Assembly: GCA_963792805.1 (NCBI GenBank)
Contig: CAWBXN010000003.1
Coordinates: 38,879-102,878, forward strand
DNA length: 64,000 bases
From: an uncultured Actinomycetota bacterium
Lineage (GTDB): Bacteria > Actinomycetota > Actinomycetes > Jiangellales > Jiangellaceae
Reading direction: 5' to 3'
In this document: piece after piece, positions 9,224 through 16,626 of the stretch
Layout of the letters: each line of letters opens with the position of its first letter
How positions within the stretch are numbered: position 1 is the stretch's first letter
Program-made: the position numbers and the translations under genes
The notes under the pieces: model-generated
Databases searched by the model: none
Told to the model about the DNA's origin: nothing
Seen by the model: the letters and a program-made list of their open reading frames with translations, nothing else

Positions 9224-10468
9224 TCAGCCCAGCAGGGCCTCGGCGAAGTAGCTGCCCTCCGCCACCCCAGGAAGGATCGCAAAGACCGCGGAGCCAACTG
9301 GAGTGGTCCACTGGTTGAGCAGGTCCACCTCGGCCAGCCGGCGCTGCATGGGGACGAACTGCCGATCCAGGTCGGCGGCGTACGCGGTGAAGAGCAGCCC
9401 CGTGTCGGACCTGCCGTCGGCCAGCACGCCGTCGTCGTAGTTGTACGGGCGGCGGAGGATCTGTCCGGACGGGGCTTCTGCGTGGGCCTGGCGGATGTGG
9501 GCGAACTCGGGGATGACGAGCAGACCGTCGGGTCCGGTGGCGGCCAGGTCCGGCACATCCTGCTCGGTGCTCCCGGTCAGTGGTGCACCGGAGTCGAGGC
9601 GTCGACCGATCACCTGCTCCTTGGCCGAGCGGTCCAGCGCGTCCCAGGTGTCCAGCTCCATCCGGATCCGCCGAAACGCCAGCCCGGTCCCGCCGATCAT
9701 CCACTCAGGTCCATCGCTCACCCACACCGCCTCGGCGAAGGCGGGGGTGCCCGGTTGCGGGTTGACCGTCCCGTCCACCTGGCCCATGAGGTTGCGTCCG
9801 GTCGTCCCGCTCGGCGTCGTCCCGGCGGCTCGGTGGAAGCCGGACTGGATCCACCGGACGTCGGCGAAGGCCCGGGCGTCCTTGACCATCATGCGCTGGG
9901 CGTGCGCCAGCGTCACCGGGTCGTCGCCGGCCAGCGCCAGCAGCACGTCGCCGTCGCTGTGGCTCGGCTGCAGACGGTCGATCGGGAACGCCGGCAGCGG
10001 CGCGAGCCAGTCCGGGCGCTGATCGGGCAGCCCAGCAGCGTCCAGGACCTTCGGGCCGAACCCGACGGTGGCCGAGAGCCTCGCCGGGATCTCGGCGAGC
10101 TCGGGCTCGGTGTCGGCCAGGGCCGCCCTGCCCTGGGTGAGCCGCGCGGCGTCATCGGTCCACAGACGCATCCAGCCGACGAGGCCGTCCCGATCGGTGT
10201 CGTCTCGCAGGTCGAAGGCCAAGAAAGCGGCGACGGCCTGCGGGGGCTGCTCCAGCCCGCTCTGGTGCACGCCGAAGAAGGGCAGCCTGGCCTGCCCGAG
10301 GTCCGCCGGAGCGCTCGCCGGGGACGCCGGGGCCTGGCCCGCCGATGCCCGCCCGAGGACCAAGCCGCCCGCGGCGGCTGCCCCGCCCAGGGCGGCACTC
10401 CCGGTGAGGAAGCGCCGCCGGGACAGCCCATCCGCACGAGTACCGCTCACCGGATCAGGCGTCCTCAC
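9224..10468 (-). CDS. Tat-exported Dyp-type peroxidase (EfeB/DtpA-like)
   Basis: ORF 9224..10468. Twin-arginine signal SRRRFLTGSAALGGAAAAG. DyP GXXDG motif (GQVDG). About 414 aa. Confidence 0.85.
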   Translation of the reverse strand: MRTPDPVSGTRADGLSRRRFLTGSAALGGAAAAGGLVLGRASAGQAPASPASAPADLGQARLPFFGVHQSGLEQPPQAVAAFLAFDLRDDTDRDGLVGWMRLWTDDAARLTQGRAALADTEPELAEIPARLSATVGFGPKVLDAAGLPDQRPDWLAPLPAFPIDRLQPSHSDGDVLLALAGDDPVTLAHAQRMMVKDARAFADVRWIQSGFHRAAGTTPSGTTGRNLMGQVDGTVNPQPGTPAFAEAVWVSDGPEWMIGGTGLAFRRIRMELDTWDALDRSAKEQVIGRRLDSGAPLTGSTEQDVPDLAATGPDGLLVIPEFAHIRQAHAEAPSGQILRRPYNYDDGVLADGRSDTGLLFTAYAADLDRQFVPMQRRLAEVDLLNQWTTPVGSAVFAILPGVAEGSYFAEALLG

Positions 10469-10988
10469 CGTCCATGCCGGGCTGGTACTCCTCCTCGCCG
10501 CCGGCGAAGTCCTTGGCCTGCGCCGTGAACTGCGTGGTCGAGCCGTCGGAGCACTCGAGCGTGACGGTGACGTCGTCGCCAGCGGCGATCGGGGCGGGGA
10601 TCTCCATCATCATGAGGTGGTCAGCACCTGGCTCCAGCATGGCCGCACCCCCAGCCGGGATGACGAAGCCGCCTTCCTTCGCCTGCATGACCATCTCGCC
10701 GTCGCTGTCGACGACCTCGTGCAGCTCCATGAAGGCGGCCGAGTCCGAGCTGGCAGCGACCACGTTGACCTCGGCATCGCTGCTGTTCTTGAGCATGCCG
10801 AAGGTCGCCGTCATCCCTTCCTCGGCTGCCTTGGTCCAGGCGTCCTCGGCAGCGATGGCCTCGCACGCGGTGCCGGTGCCGTCGGGAGCGGCACCGGCCG
10901 GCTCGGAGTCCTGGCTCCCGCAGGCGCTCACAGGAGCAGCCAGCAGGAGACCGGCTGACAGGGTCAGAATCGTTCGGTTGATACGCAT
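10455..10988 (-). CDS. copper chaperone PCu(A)C (DUF461) lipoprotein
   Basis: ATG at 10988 inside ORF 10455..11276. Lipobox LLLAAPVSACGS. Met/His copper motifs (FMELHEVV, GEMVMQ, GADHLMMMEI). Its 3' end overlaps the DyP start by 14 nt. Confidence 0.8.
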   Translation of the reverse strand: MRINRTILTLSAGLLLAAPVSACGSQDSEPAGAAPDGTGTACEAIAAEDAWTKAAEEGMTATFGMLKNSSDAEVNVVAASSDSAAFMELHEVVDSDGEMVMQAKEGGFVIPAGGAAMLEPGADHLMMMEIPAPIAAGDDVTVTLECSDGSTTQFTAQAKDFAGGEEEYQPGMDGEDA

Positions 10989-11095
10989 CGCAGGGTGCCT
11001 CTCGTGAAGGCGAGGTCTCACCGGTTCGGCGAGTCGGCCTCGTCGGTCGGGGGTTGGTCCCAGCGCGCGCAGACGGCGCCGAGACGTGCGGACGC

Positions 11096-11692
11096 TCAGT
11101 GCGCCGGAAGCCCCACCGGAGGCCCACGCCGGAAGGGGACGTGGTGACCTGCCCAGGCCAGACGCATCGGCCGGGGCTCGTGACGAGGATGCAGCACCGT
11201 GGCCGCAGGTACCGGCCTCGGTGGGTACCACGGCCTCAGGACCAGTCGCCAGGCCAGGCTGCGCAGTGTCCACCACACCCGCTCGCCCTCAGCCAGGACG
11301 ACGCTGACGAGGACCGCGCCGACCAGGTGGCCGGCCAGCATCGTGACGTCGAGGAAGCCCGCTGCCGTCGGCTCGAGCACGGCGAGGGCGGGCGCCGTGG
11401 AGCGGCCGTGGCCGGTGTGCCCGTGGCCGCCGAGGGAGGCCAGCAGGTGGAAGGCCGGCTGCGCCAGGAGCACCGTCACGAGCACCGTCGGCAGGTCTCG
11501 ACGGCTCTCCGCGATCGCGACGCAGATCCCGGCGAGCACGAGCCCGCCCAGCACCAACCCGCCGGAGACGTGGACCGAGCCGCCACCGAGCACATGCCCG
11601 GCAACCGAGACGACCAGCGCCGACAGCGCCAGCAGTGCGCCCCGCAGCCAGCGCGCTGCCCCGGAGGCGGGGCGGGGGTGGTGCTCGTCCAC
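11096..11692 (-). CDS. hypothetical polytopic membrane protein with a His-rich loop (GGHGHTGHG)
   Basis: ORF 11096..11692. About 4 predicted TM helices. Same strand as PCu(A)C and immediately upstream of it. No family recognised. Confidence 0.5.
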   Translation of the reverse strand: MDEHHPRPASGAARWLRGALLALSALVVSVAGHVLGGGSVHVSGGLVLGGLVLAGICVAIAESRRDLPTVLVTVLLAQPAFHLLASLGGHGHTGHGRSTAPALAVLEPTAAGFLDVTMLAGHLVGAVLVSVVLAEGERVWWTLRSLAWRLVLRPWYPPRPVPAATVLHPRHEPRPMRLAWAGHHVPFRRGPPVGLPAH

Positions 11693-11758
11693 GGCGCAGA
11701 GGATACGCCTCCCGAGGCAAGGGCCAGGGTCTGAGCCCCGGGGTGGCCGCTCGGTGGC

Positions 11759-13204
11759 TCAGGCGGCGCGAGCGATCCGCACCAGCTCCGCCACCTCTGC
11801 CTCGAACGCCTCGACGAGGAGCGCCGGCTTGGCGATGACGGTCTTGTCGGTCTTGAAGCCGACCCGCACCGTGCCGTCGTAGCTGAAGATCGCCGACACC
11901 AGGGTCTGGTCTCCTGAGCACGGCGCCCAGCCGAGGACGCCGGCCAACGGCGTGCCGGCGATGTAGCGGACCTGCCTGGGCCCTGGCACGTTCGTGGTCA
12001 CCCCGATGGCCTTGCCGCCGAAGAAGTCCACCATCCGCCGTTCGACCTCAGCGGCCGTCAGGCCCAGCCCGGTGATGAGGCCCAGGGCGATCATCGCCTC
12101 CGGGGTGTGCTTGATGTGGTCCATCCGCCGCTTGCTCTCGGCCAGTCGGTCCAGCGGCGCCGCGTGCCCGGAGGGCAGCTCGAGCATCACGAGCGCGAAG
12201 TAGTTGCCCAGGTGCCGGGGAAGCGGCTTGGCCGGGTCGCGCAGATTCACCGGCACCATCGTCATGAGGTCTCGGGGGTCGGCGTCGAAGGCCCGGTGGT
12301 ACTCGTAGATCCCCGCCGACAGCGCGGCCACCAGGACGTCGTTGACGGTGGCGTCGCTGAGGCGGGCAACCTGCTTGATCCCGTCCAGCGGCAACGCCTG
12401 GGACCAGACCAGCTGCTTGGGTACCCCTGGGGTTCCGGACAGCGGCCCGGCCGGGTGCTCTCCGAGGAACTGCTTGTCGAGGATCTTCACCGTCTCCGCC
12501 GCCTGCCGCATGGCCTCGGTGACGTGGCTCGGGTCAGCCATCGCCGGCAGATGGCTCATGAGGTGCAGCCCGCCTCGAACGGTTGCGCCGGCGGCATGCC
12601 CAGCCGCCTGACCCAGGTGCACCGCGCTGCCGAGCAGGCCGGTTCTGCCCCGAGCGTCGGGGACCTCGTGGACGTCGTGGTCGAGGTCGCGCAGGTCGTC
12701 CTCGGGGGCTTCGTCGGTCAAGGAGAGGAGCAGGTGTGCCAGGGCGATCCCGTCCGCGATCGCGTGGTGCATCCGCGTGACGATGGCGCTGCCGCTGGCG
12801 TAGCCGTCGATGAGGTGCAGCTCCCACATCGGTCGCTCGTGCGAGATCGGCACGGACGCCTGGGCGGCCGCGTACGCCTGGAGCTCGGCCTCCCCTCCGG
12901 GCGCGGGGAGCGTGGCCCGCACGACGTGCCGGTCGAAGTCGTAGTCAGGGTCGTCCTCCCAGTAGGACTGCGTCATCGGCATCAGCGGTGTGACCGGCCG
13001 GCGACGGAACACCGGGAACTGCTCCGTCACGCGCCGGCGGTAGACGGCGAGGAGACGCTCCCAGTCGACCGGCTCGTCGAACCACATCACCGACTCGACG
13101 ACCATGAGGTTGTTCGGCCGGTCCATCCGCAGCCAGAGGGTGTCCACCGGCCCGATCGGGTGCCGCCCGAGATCATGGTGCACGCGCGCTCCTCCTCCGA
13201 TCAC
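11759..13204 (-). CDS. wax ester synthase/diacylglycerol acyltransferase (WS/DGAT, Tgs-like)
   Basis: ORF 11759..13204. Catalytic HHxxxDG motif (MHHAIADGIAL). About 480 aa. The exact start is uncertain. Confidence 0.85.
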   Translation of the reverse strand: MIGGGARVHHDLGRHPIGPVDTLWLRMDRPNNLMVVESVMWFDEPVDWERLLAVYRRRVTEQFPVFRRRPVTPLMPMTQSYWEDDPDYDFDRHVVRATLPAPGGEAELQAYAAAQASVPISHERPMWELHLIDGYASGSAIVTRMHHAIADGIALAHLLLSLTDEAPEDDLRDLDHDVHEVPDARGRTGLLGSAVHLGQAAGHAAGATVRGGLHLMSHLPAMADPSHVTEAMRQAAETVKILDKQFLGEHPAGPLSGTPGVPKQLVWSQALPLDGIKQVARLSDATVNDVLVAALSAGIYEYHRAFDADPRDLMTMVPVNLRDPAKPLPRHLGNYFALVMLELPSGHAAPLDRLAESKRRMDHIKHTPEAMIALGLITGLGLTAAEVERRMVDFFGGKAIGVTTNVPGPRQVRYIAGTPLAGVLGWAPCSGDQTLVSAIFSYDGTVRVGFKTDKTVIAKPALLVEAFEAEVAELVRIARAA

Positions 13205-13242
13205 GTGGAGGGCAGCCTGGCGGGCCGCGCGGCGGACCGCCA

Positions 13243-13256
13243 GGGACGTTCGACCC
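13243..13256. promoter_or_regulatory. second DosR-box-like site GGGACGTTCGACCC upstream of the WS/DGAT gene
   Basis: Lies in the 69-nt gap between the WS/DGAT start (13204) and the ABC-F stop (13274), 39 nt from the annotated start. 13 of 14 nt identical to the site at 2192..2205. Confidence 0.35.
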
Positions 13257-13273
13257 GCCGCGGTGAGCAGCGC

Positions 13274-14872
13274 TCAGGCCAGCGAGACCAGATCCAGGTA
13301 GTCCGCGCCCCAGAGGTCCTCGTCGCCGTCCGGCAGCAGCAGCACCCGCTCGGGCGCCAGCGCCTGGACCGCGCCCTCGTCGTGGGTGACCATCACGATC
13401 GCGCCCCGGTAGCGGTGCAGCGCGTCGAGCACCTCCACGCGCGAGGCTGGGTCGAGGTTGTTCGTCGGCTCGTCGAGGAGCAGGACGTTCGCGCTGGAGA
13501 CCACGAGCGTGGCCAACGCGAGCCTGGCCCGTTCCCCGCCGGAGAGGACGCTGGCCGGCTTGTGCACGTCGTCTCCGACGAAGAGGAACGACCCCAAGAC
13601 GGTACGCACGCCCGTGTCGTCGAGGTCCGGGGCCGCCGAACGCAGGTTCTCCAGCACCGTGCGGCCCATGTCCAGCGTCTCGTGCTCCTGGGCGAAGTAG
13701 CCGAGCTTGAGCCCGTGCCCAGGCTCGACCTGCCCGGTGTCGGTCGGCTCCAGGCCGGCCAGCAGGCGTAGCAGCGTCGTCTTCCCAGCACCGTTGAGGC
13801 CGAGCACCACCACTCTGGACCCGCGGTCGATCGCGAGGTCCACGTCGGTGAAGACCTCCTCCGAGCCGTAGGACTTCGACAGCTCGTGGGCCATCAGCGG
13901 CGTCTTCCCGCAGGGGGCCGGCTCGGGCAGGCGCAGCTTCGCCACTCGGTCGGCCTTGCGTGTCTCCTCCAGCCCGGCCAGCAGTCGTTGGGCGCGCTTG
14001 TCCATGCTCTGCGCTGCCGAGGCCTTGGTCGCCTTGGCGCGCATCCGGTCAGCCTGGGACTTCAGAGCCGCCGCCTTGCGCTCGGCGCCCACCCGCTCGC
14101 GCCGGCGACGGCGCTCGTCCGTCTCCCGCTGCTGCAGGTAGCGCGTCCACCCCATCGCGTACACGTCGAGCGTGGTCCGGGTGGCGTCCAGGTGGAACAC
14201 GCCGTTGACGGTTCGCTCCAGCAGCGCGGTGTCGTGGCTGATGACCACCAGCCCACCGCGGAAGCCTCGCAGGAAGTCCCGCAGCCAGAGGATCGAGTCG
14301 GCGTCGAGGTGGTTCGTGGGCTCGTCGAGCAGCAGGACATCGGCCTGGGAGAACAGGATGCGCGCCAGCTCCACCCGGCGACGCTGCCCCCCCGACAGCG
14401 TGCCCAACGGCTGCTCCAGCACGCGGCTGGCCAGCCCGAGGCTCGCCGCGATCGAGGCGGCCTCGCTCTCGGCGGCGTAGCCCCCGCGAGCGAGGAACTC
14501 ACCCTCCAGGCGGGCGTATCGGCGCATCTCACGCTCCTGCTCCGCGCCGTCCAGCATCCCCAGCCGTTCCTCGGTGCTGTGCATGTCGGCCACCACCTCG
14601 TGCAGTCCGCGGGCGGCCAGGATCCGGTCGCGGGCCAGCAGCTCAGGGTCCGACGTCCGGGGGTCCTGCGGGAGGTAGCCGATCGTGCCCGTTCGGGTCA
14701 CTGTGCCCGCGGCCGGCTGAGCCTGGCCGGCGAGGATGCGCGTCATCGTGGTCTTCCCCGCACCGTTTCGCCCGACCAGGCCGATCTTGTCCCCGGGTCC
14801 GATGCGGAAGCTGGCGTCGACGAGCAACAGCTGGCTGCCGGCTCGAACCTCGAGGTCGGCGGCAGTGATCAC
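13274..14872 (-). CDS. ABC-F family ATPase (two ABC domains, no TM domain)
   Basis: ORF 13274..14872. Walker A motifs GRNGAGKTT and GLNGAGKTT. Signatures LSGGQRRR and LSGGERAR. Arg/Glu-rich interdomain linker. Confidence 0.9.
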   Translation of the reverse strand: MITAADLEVRAGSQLLLVDASFRIGPGDKIGLVGRNGAGKTTMTRILAGQAQPAAGTVTRTGTIGYLPQDPRTSDPELLARDRILAARGLHEVVADMHSTEERLGMLDGAEQEREMRRYARLEGEFLARGGYAAESEAASIAASLGLASRVLEQPLGTLSGGQRRRVELARILFSQADVLLLDEPTNHLDADSILWLRDFLRGFRGGLVVISHDTALLERTVNGVFHLDATRTTLDVYAMGWTRYLQQRETDERRRRRERVGAERKAAALKSQADRMRAKATKASAAQSMDKRAQRLLAGLEETRKADRVAKLRLPEPAPCGKTPLMAHELSKSYGSEEVFTDVDLAIDRGSRVVVLGLNGAGKTTLLRLLAGLEPTDTGQVEPGHGLKLGYFAQEHETLDMGRTVLENLRSAAPDLDDTGVRTVLGSFLFVGDDVHKPASVLSGGERARLALATLVVSSANVLLLDEPTNNLDPASRVEVLDALHRYRGAIVMVTHDEGAVQALAPERVLLLPDGDEDLWGADYLDLVSLA

Positions 14873-14983
14873 GCCCCCAGGATGCCCGAGGAGGCGGTCA
14901 GGTCCGAATCGGGCGCAGTCCCGAGTGGCGCAGCCGGCGGAGCTCCCCGCGAGGCTGCCGAGCCGTCACCGCGGATCGCGCGA

Positions 14984-15469
14984 TCACGTGCGCAGGATTC
15001 CCTCGACCACCACGGACTTCGCGTCGGCGTACTCCTGCGCGCTGGCCCAGTCCCGGGCCGCGAGCTCACGCTTGGTCTGGGCGTAGCGCGCCCGCGCGGG
15101 TGGGCTGGAACGCAGACGGTCAGCGAAGCGCACCATCCGGTCGGTCTCGAGGCAGCCGTGCGGGAAGACGTGCAGGTGCACGTCGGGGGAGGTCCGGCGC
15201 AGCAGCCGATGCTCGTACCACTCAGGCTCGCGGATCGACACGGAGTAGCCGAGCACAGCCAGTCTCGGGACATAGGCACCCTCGAGCGCCGGGTCAGCCA
15301 CCTCCACCACGAGGTCGAGCACCGGCTTCGCCGCGAGCCCCGGCACGCTGGTAGAGCCGACGTGCTCGAGCCGACCGACAGCAGGCCCGAGGGCCTCCGC
15401 CAGCCCGGCCAGCTCTGCGGCCGCCAGCGCGGGCCAGCGCGGGTCGGGCGTCGCCAGCTCGACGCGGAT
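14984..15469 (-). CDS. GrpB (UPF0157) family protein, apparently starting at a non-canonical codon
   Basis: ORF track gives 14984..15346, but the same frame stays open to 15511. It encodes the GrpB N-terminal region (IRVELATPDPRWPALAAAELAGLAEALGPAVGRLEHVGSTSVPGLAAKP). There is no ATG/GTG/TTG upstream of 15346. ATC at 15467-15469 sits 6 nt after CAGGAGAGGAG. Confidence 0.65.
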   Translation of the reverse strand: MRVELATPDPRWPALAAAELAGLAEALGPAVGRLEHVGSTSVPGLAAKPVLDLVVEVADPALEGAYVPRLAVLGYSVSIREPEWYEHRLLRRTSPDVHLHVFPHGCLETDRMVRFADRLRSSPPARARYAQTKRELAARDWASAQEYADAKSVVVEGILRT

Positions 15470-15500
15470 CGGTGGCTCCTCTCCTGGGCCCGTCGCCGGG

Positions 15501-16067
15501 TCAGGCGGCGATCAGGACGTCCCCGGTCTGGGTCGGCGGGGCACTCGCCGCGTGCTGCAGGGCCGCGTCGAGAAGCGTCTGGTACGTGGCGCCGCCCCAG
15601 ATGTTGCCGCCGTAGATGGACGCCCCGTCAGCCCCCTTGAAGGTCATCATCTGCACGTTCGCGCTCGTTGGTCCGCTTCGGTCCTTCCACTTGATGTGCA
15701 CGACCGCCCACGGACGCCCGTCGGCCAGTACCCGCATCTCGATGTTGTGGTGGGGGAAGTTGGCGGAGCGCCACCACTTGACCGGCTGGAGGACCACACG
15801 ACCGGCCGTGTGCAGCTCCTGGAACCCCGCTTCCCCGATGGCCGGGAGCACAGGTACCGCCCGGACGGCCCCGCCCGGGACGAAGGCCGGTGCGTTCGGA
15901 TCGAAGCCGCGCTGCACCTTCAGCAGGCCCGCCACGGCTCGGTTGCCGGCCTGCTGCTGCAGGCGCTGCAGCTGGTGCATCGGCGCTGGACCTGGGACGG
16001 AGGCGTGAGGGTGCAACGTGGTCGCACCTGCAAGGACCTCGTCATCTCGCCGCCGCGGCTGGCGCAT
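15501..16067 (-). CDS. hypothetical protein with N-terminal LQRLQQQAGNRAVAGLL leader and an unknown C-terminal domain
   Basis: ORF 15501..16067. ATG preceded by GGGAGG with 6-nt spacing. The leader motif is shared with ORF 26945..27946. The C-terminal ~130 aa (WWRSANFPHHNIEMRVLADGRPWAVVHIKWKD...) has no recognisable family or HExxH motif. Confidence 0.6.
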   Translation of the reverse strand: MRQPRRRDDEVLAGATTLHPHASVPGPAPMHQLQRLQQQAGNRAVAGLLKVQRGFDPNAPAFVPGGAVRAVPVLPAIGEAGFQELHTAGRVVLQPVKWWRSANFPHHNIEMRVLADGRPWAVVHIKWKDRSGPTSANVQMMTFKGADGASIYGGNIWGGATYQTLLDAALQHAASAPPTQTGDVLIAA

Positions 16068-16143
16068 CGGGTACCTCCCTACCGACTCATGAGCCTATTC
16101 CGGCAAGCGGGCGGGAGGTCAGGGAATCCTCCATGATGGGCCC

Positions 16144-16626
16144 ATGGAGAGGATCGCAGGGCTCCGGCCCGGGGCGCGCGCGGTCGCGCTGGCGTTCCTG
16201 GCCAGTGGCACCGTCCACCTCGTCCGTCCTTCGGTGTTCCGCCCGCTCGTCCCCCCGGCCCTGCCGGCCAAGGACGAGCTCATCCTGGTCACCGGCGTCG
16301 CCGAGCTCGCCTGCGCCATCGGCCTCGGGCGTGGTGCCCGCTGGGCCCCGGCGGCCAGCGTTGCCACCCTGCTCGCGGTCTGGCCGGGCAACTGGTGGAT
16401 GGCCATCGAGCTGCAGCGCCAGCCCACGTCTCCGCCGATGCTGCGGGCCGCGGCCTGGCTGCGGGTCCCCCTGCAGATCCCGATGATCCTGGCGGCACTC
16501 GACCCGGTGGCGCGCCGCGAGCCTTCGCTCACTGGTAGACCGTCATGGCGACACGAGCCGCATTGGGGATCGTCCCGTCGGAGACCAGTGCGACCCAACC
16601 GCCCCGCGAGAGCACCTGCTCGATGA
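16144..16626 (+). CDS. DoxX-like small membrane protein
   Basis: ORF 16144..16626. Hydrophobic helices with LASGTVHLVRPSVFRPLVPPALP and VWPGNWWMA, reminiscent of DoxX-like proteins. The C-terminal ~30 codons overlap the convergent gene and may not be conserved. Confidence 0.5.
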   Translation: MERIAGLRPGARAVALAFLASGTVHLVRPSVFRPLVPPALPAKDELILVTGVAELACAIGLGRGARWAPAASVATLLAVWPGNWWMAIELQRQPTSPPMLRAAAWLRVPLQIPMILAALDPVARREPSLTGRPSWRHEPHWGSSRRRPVRPNRPARAPAR

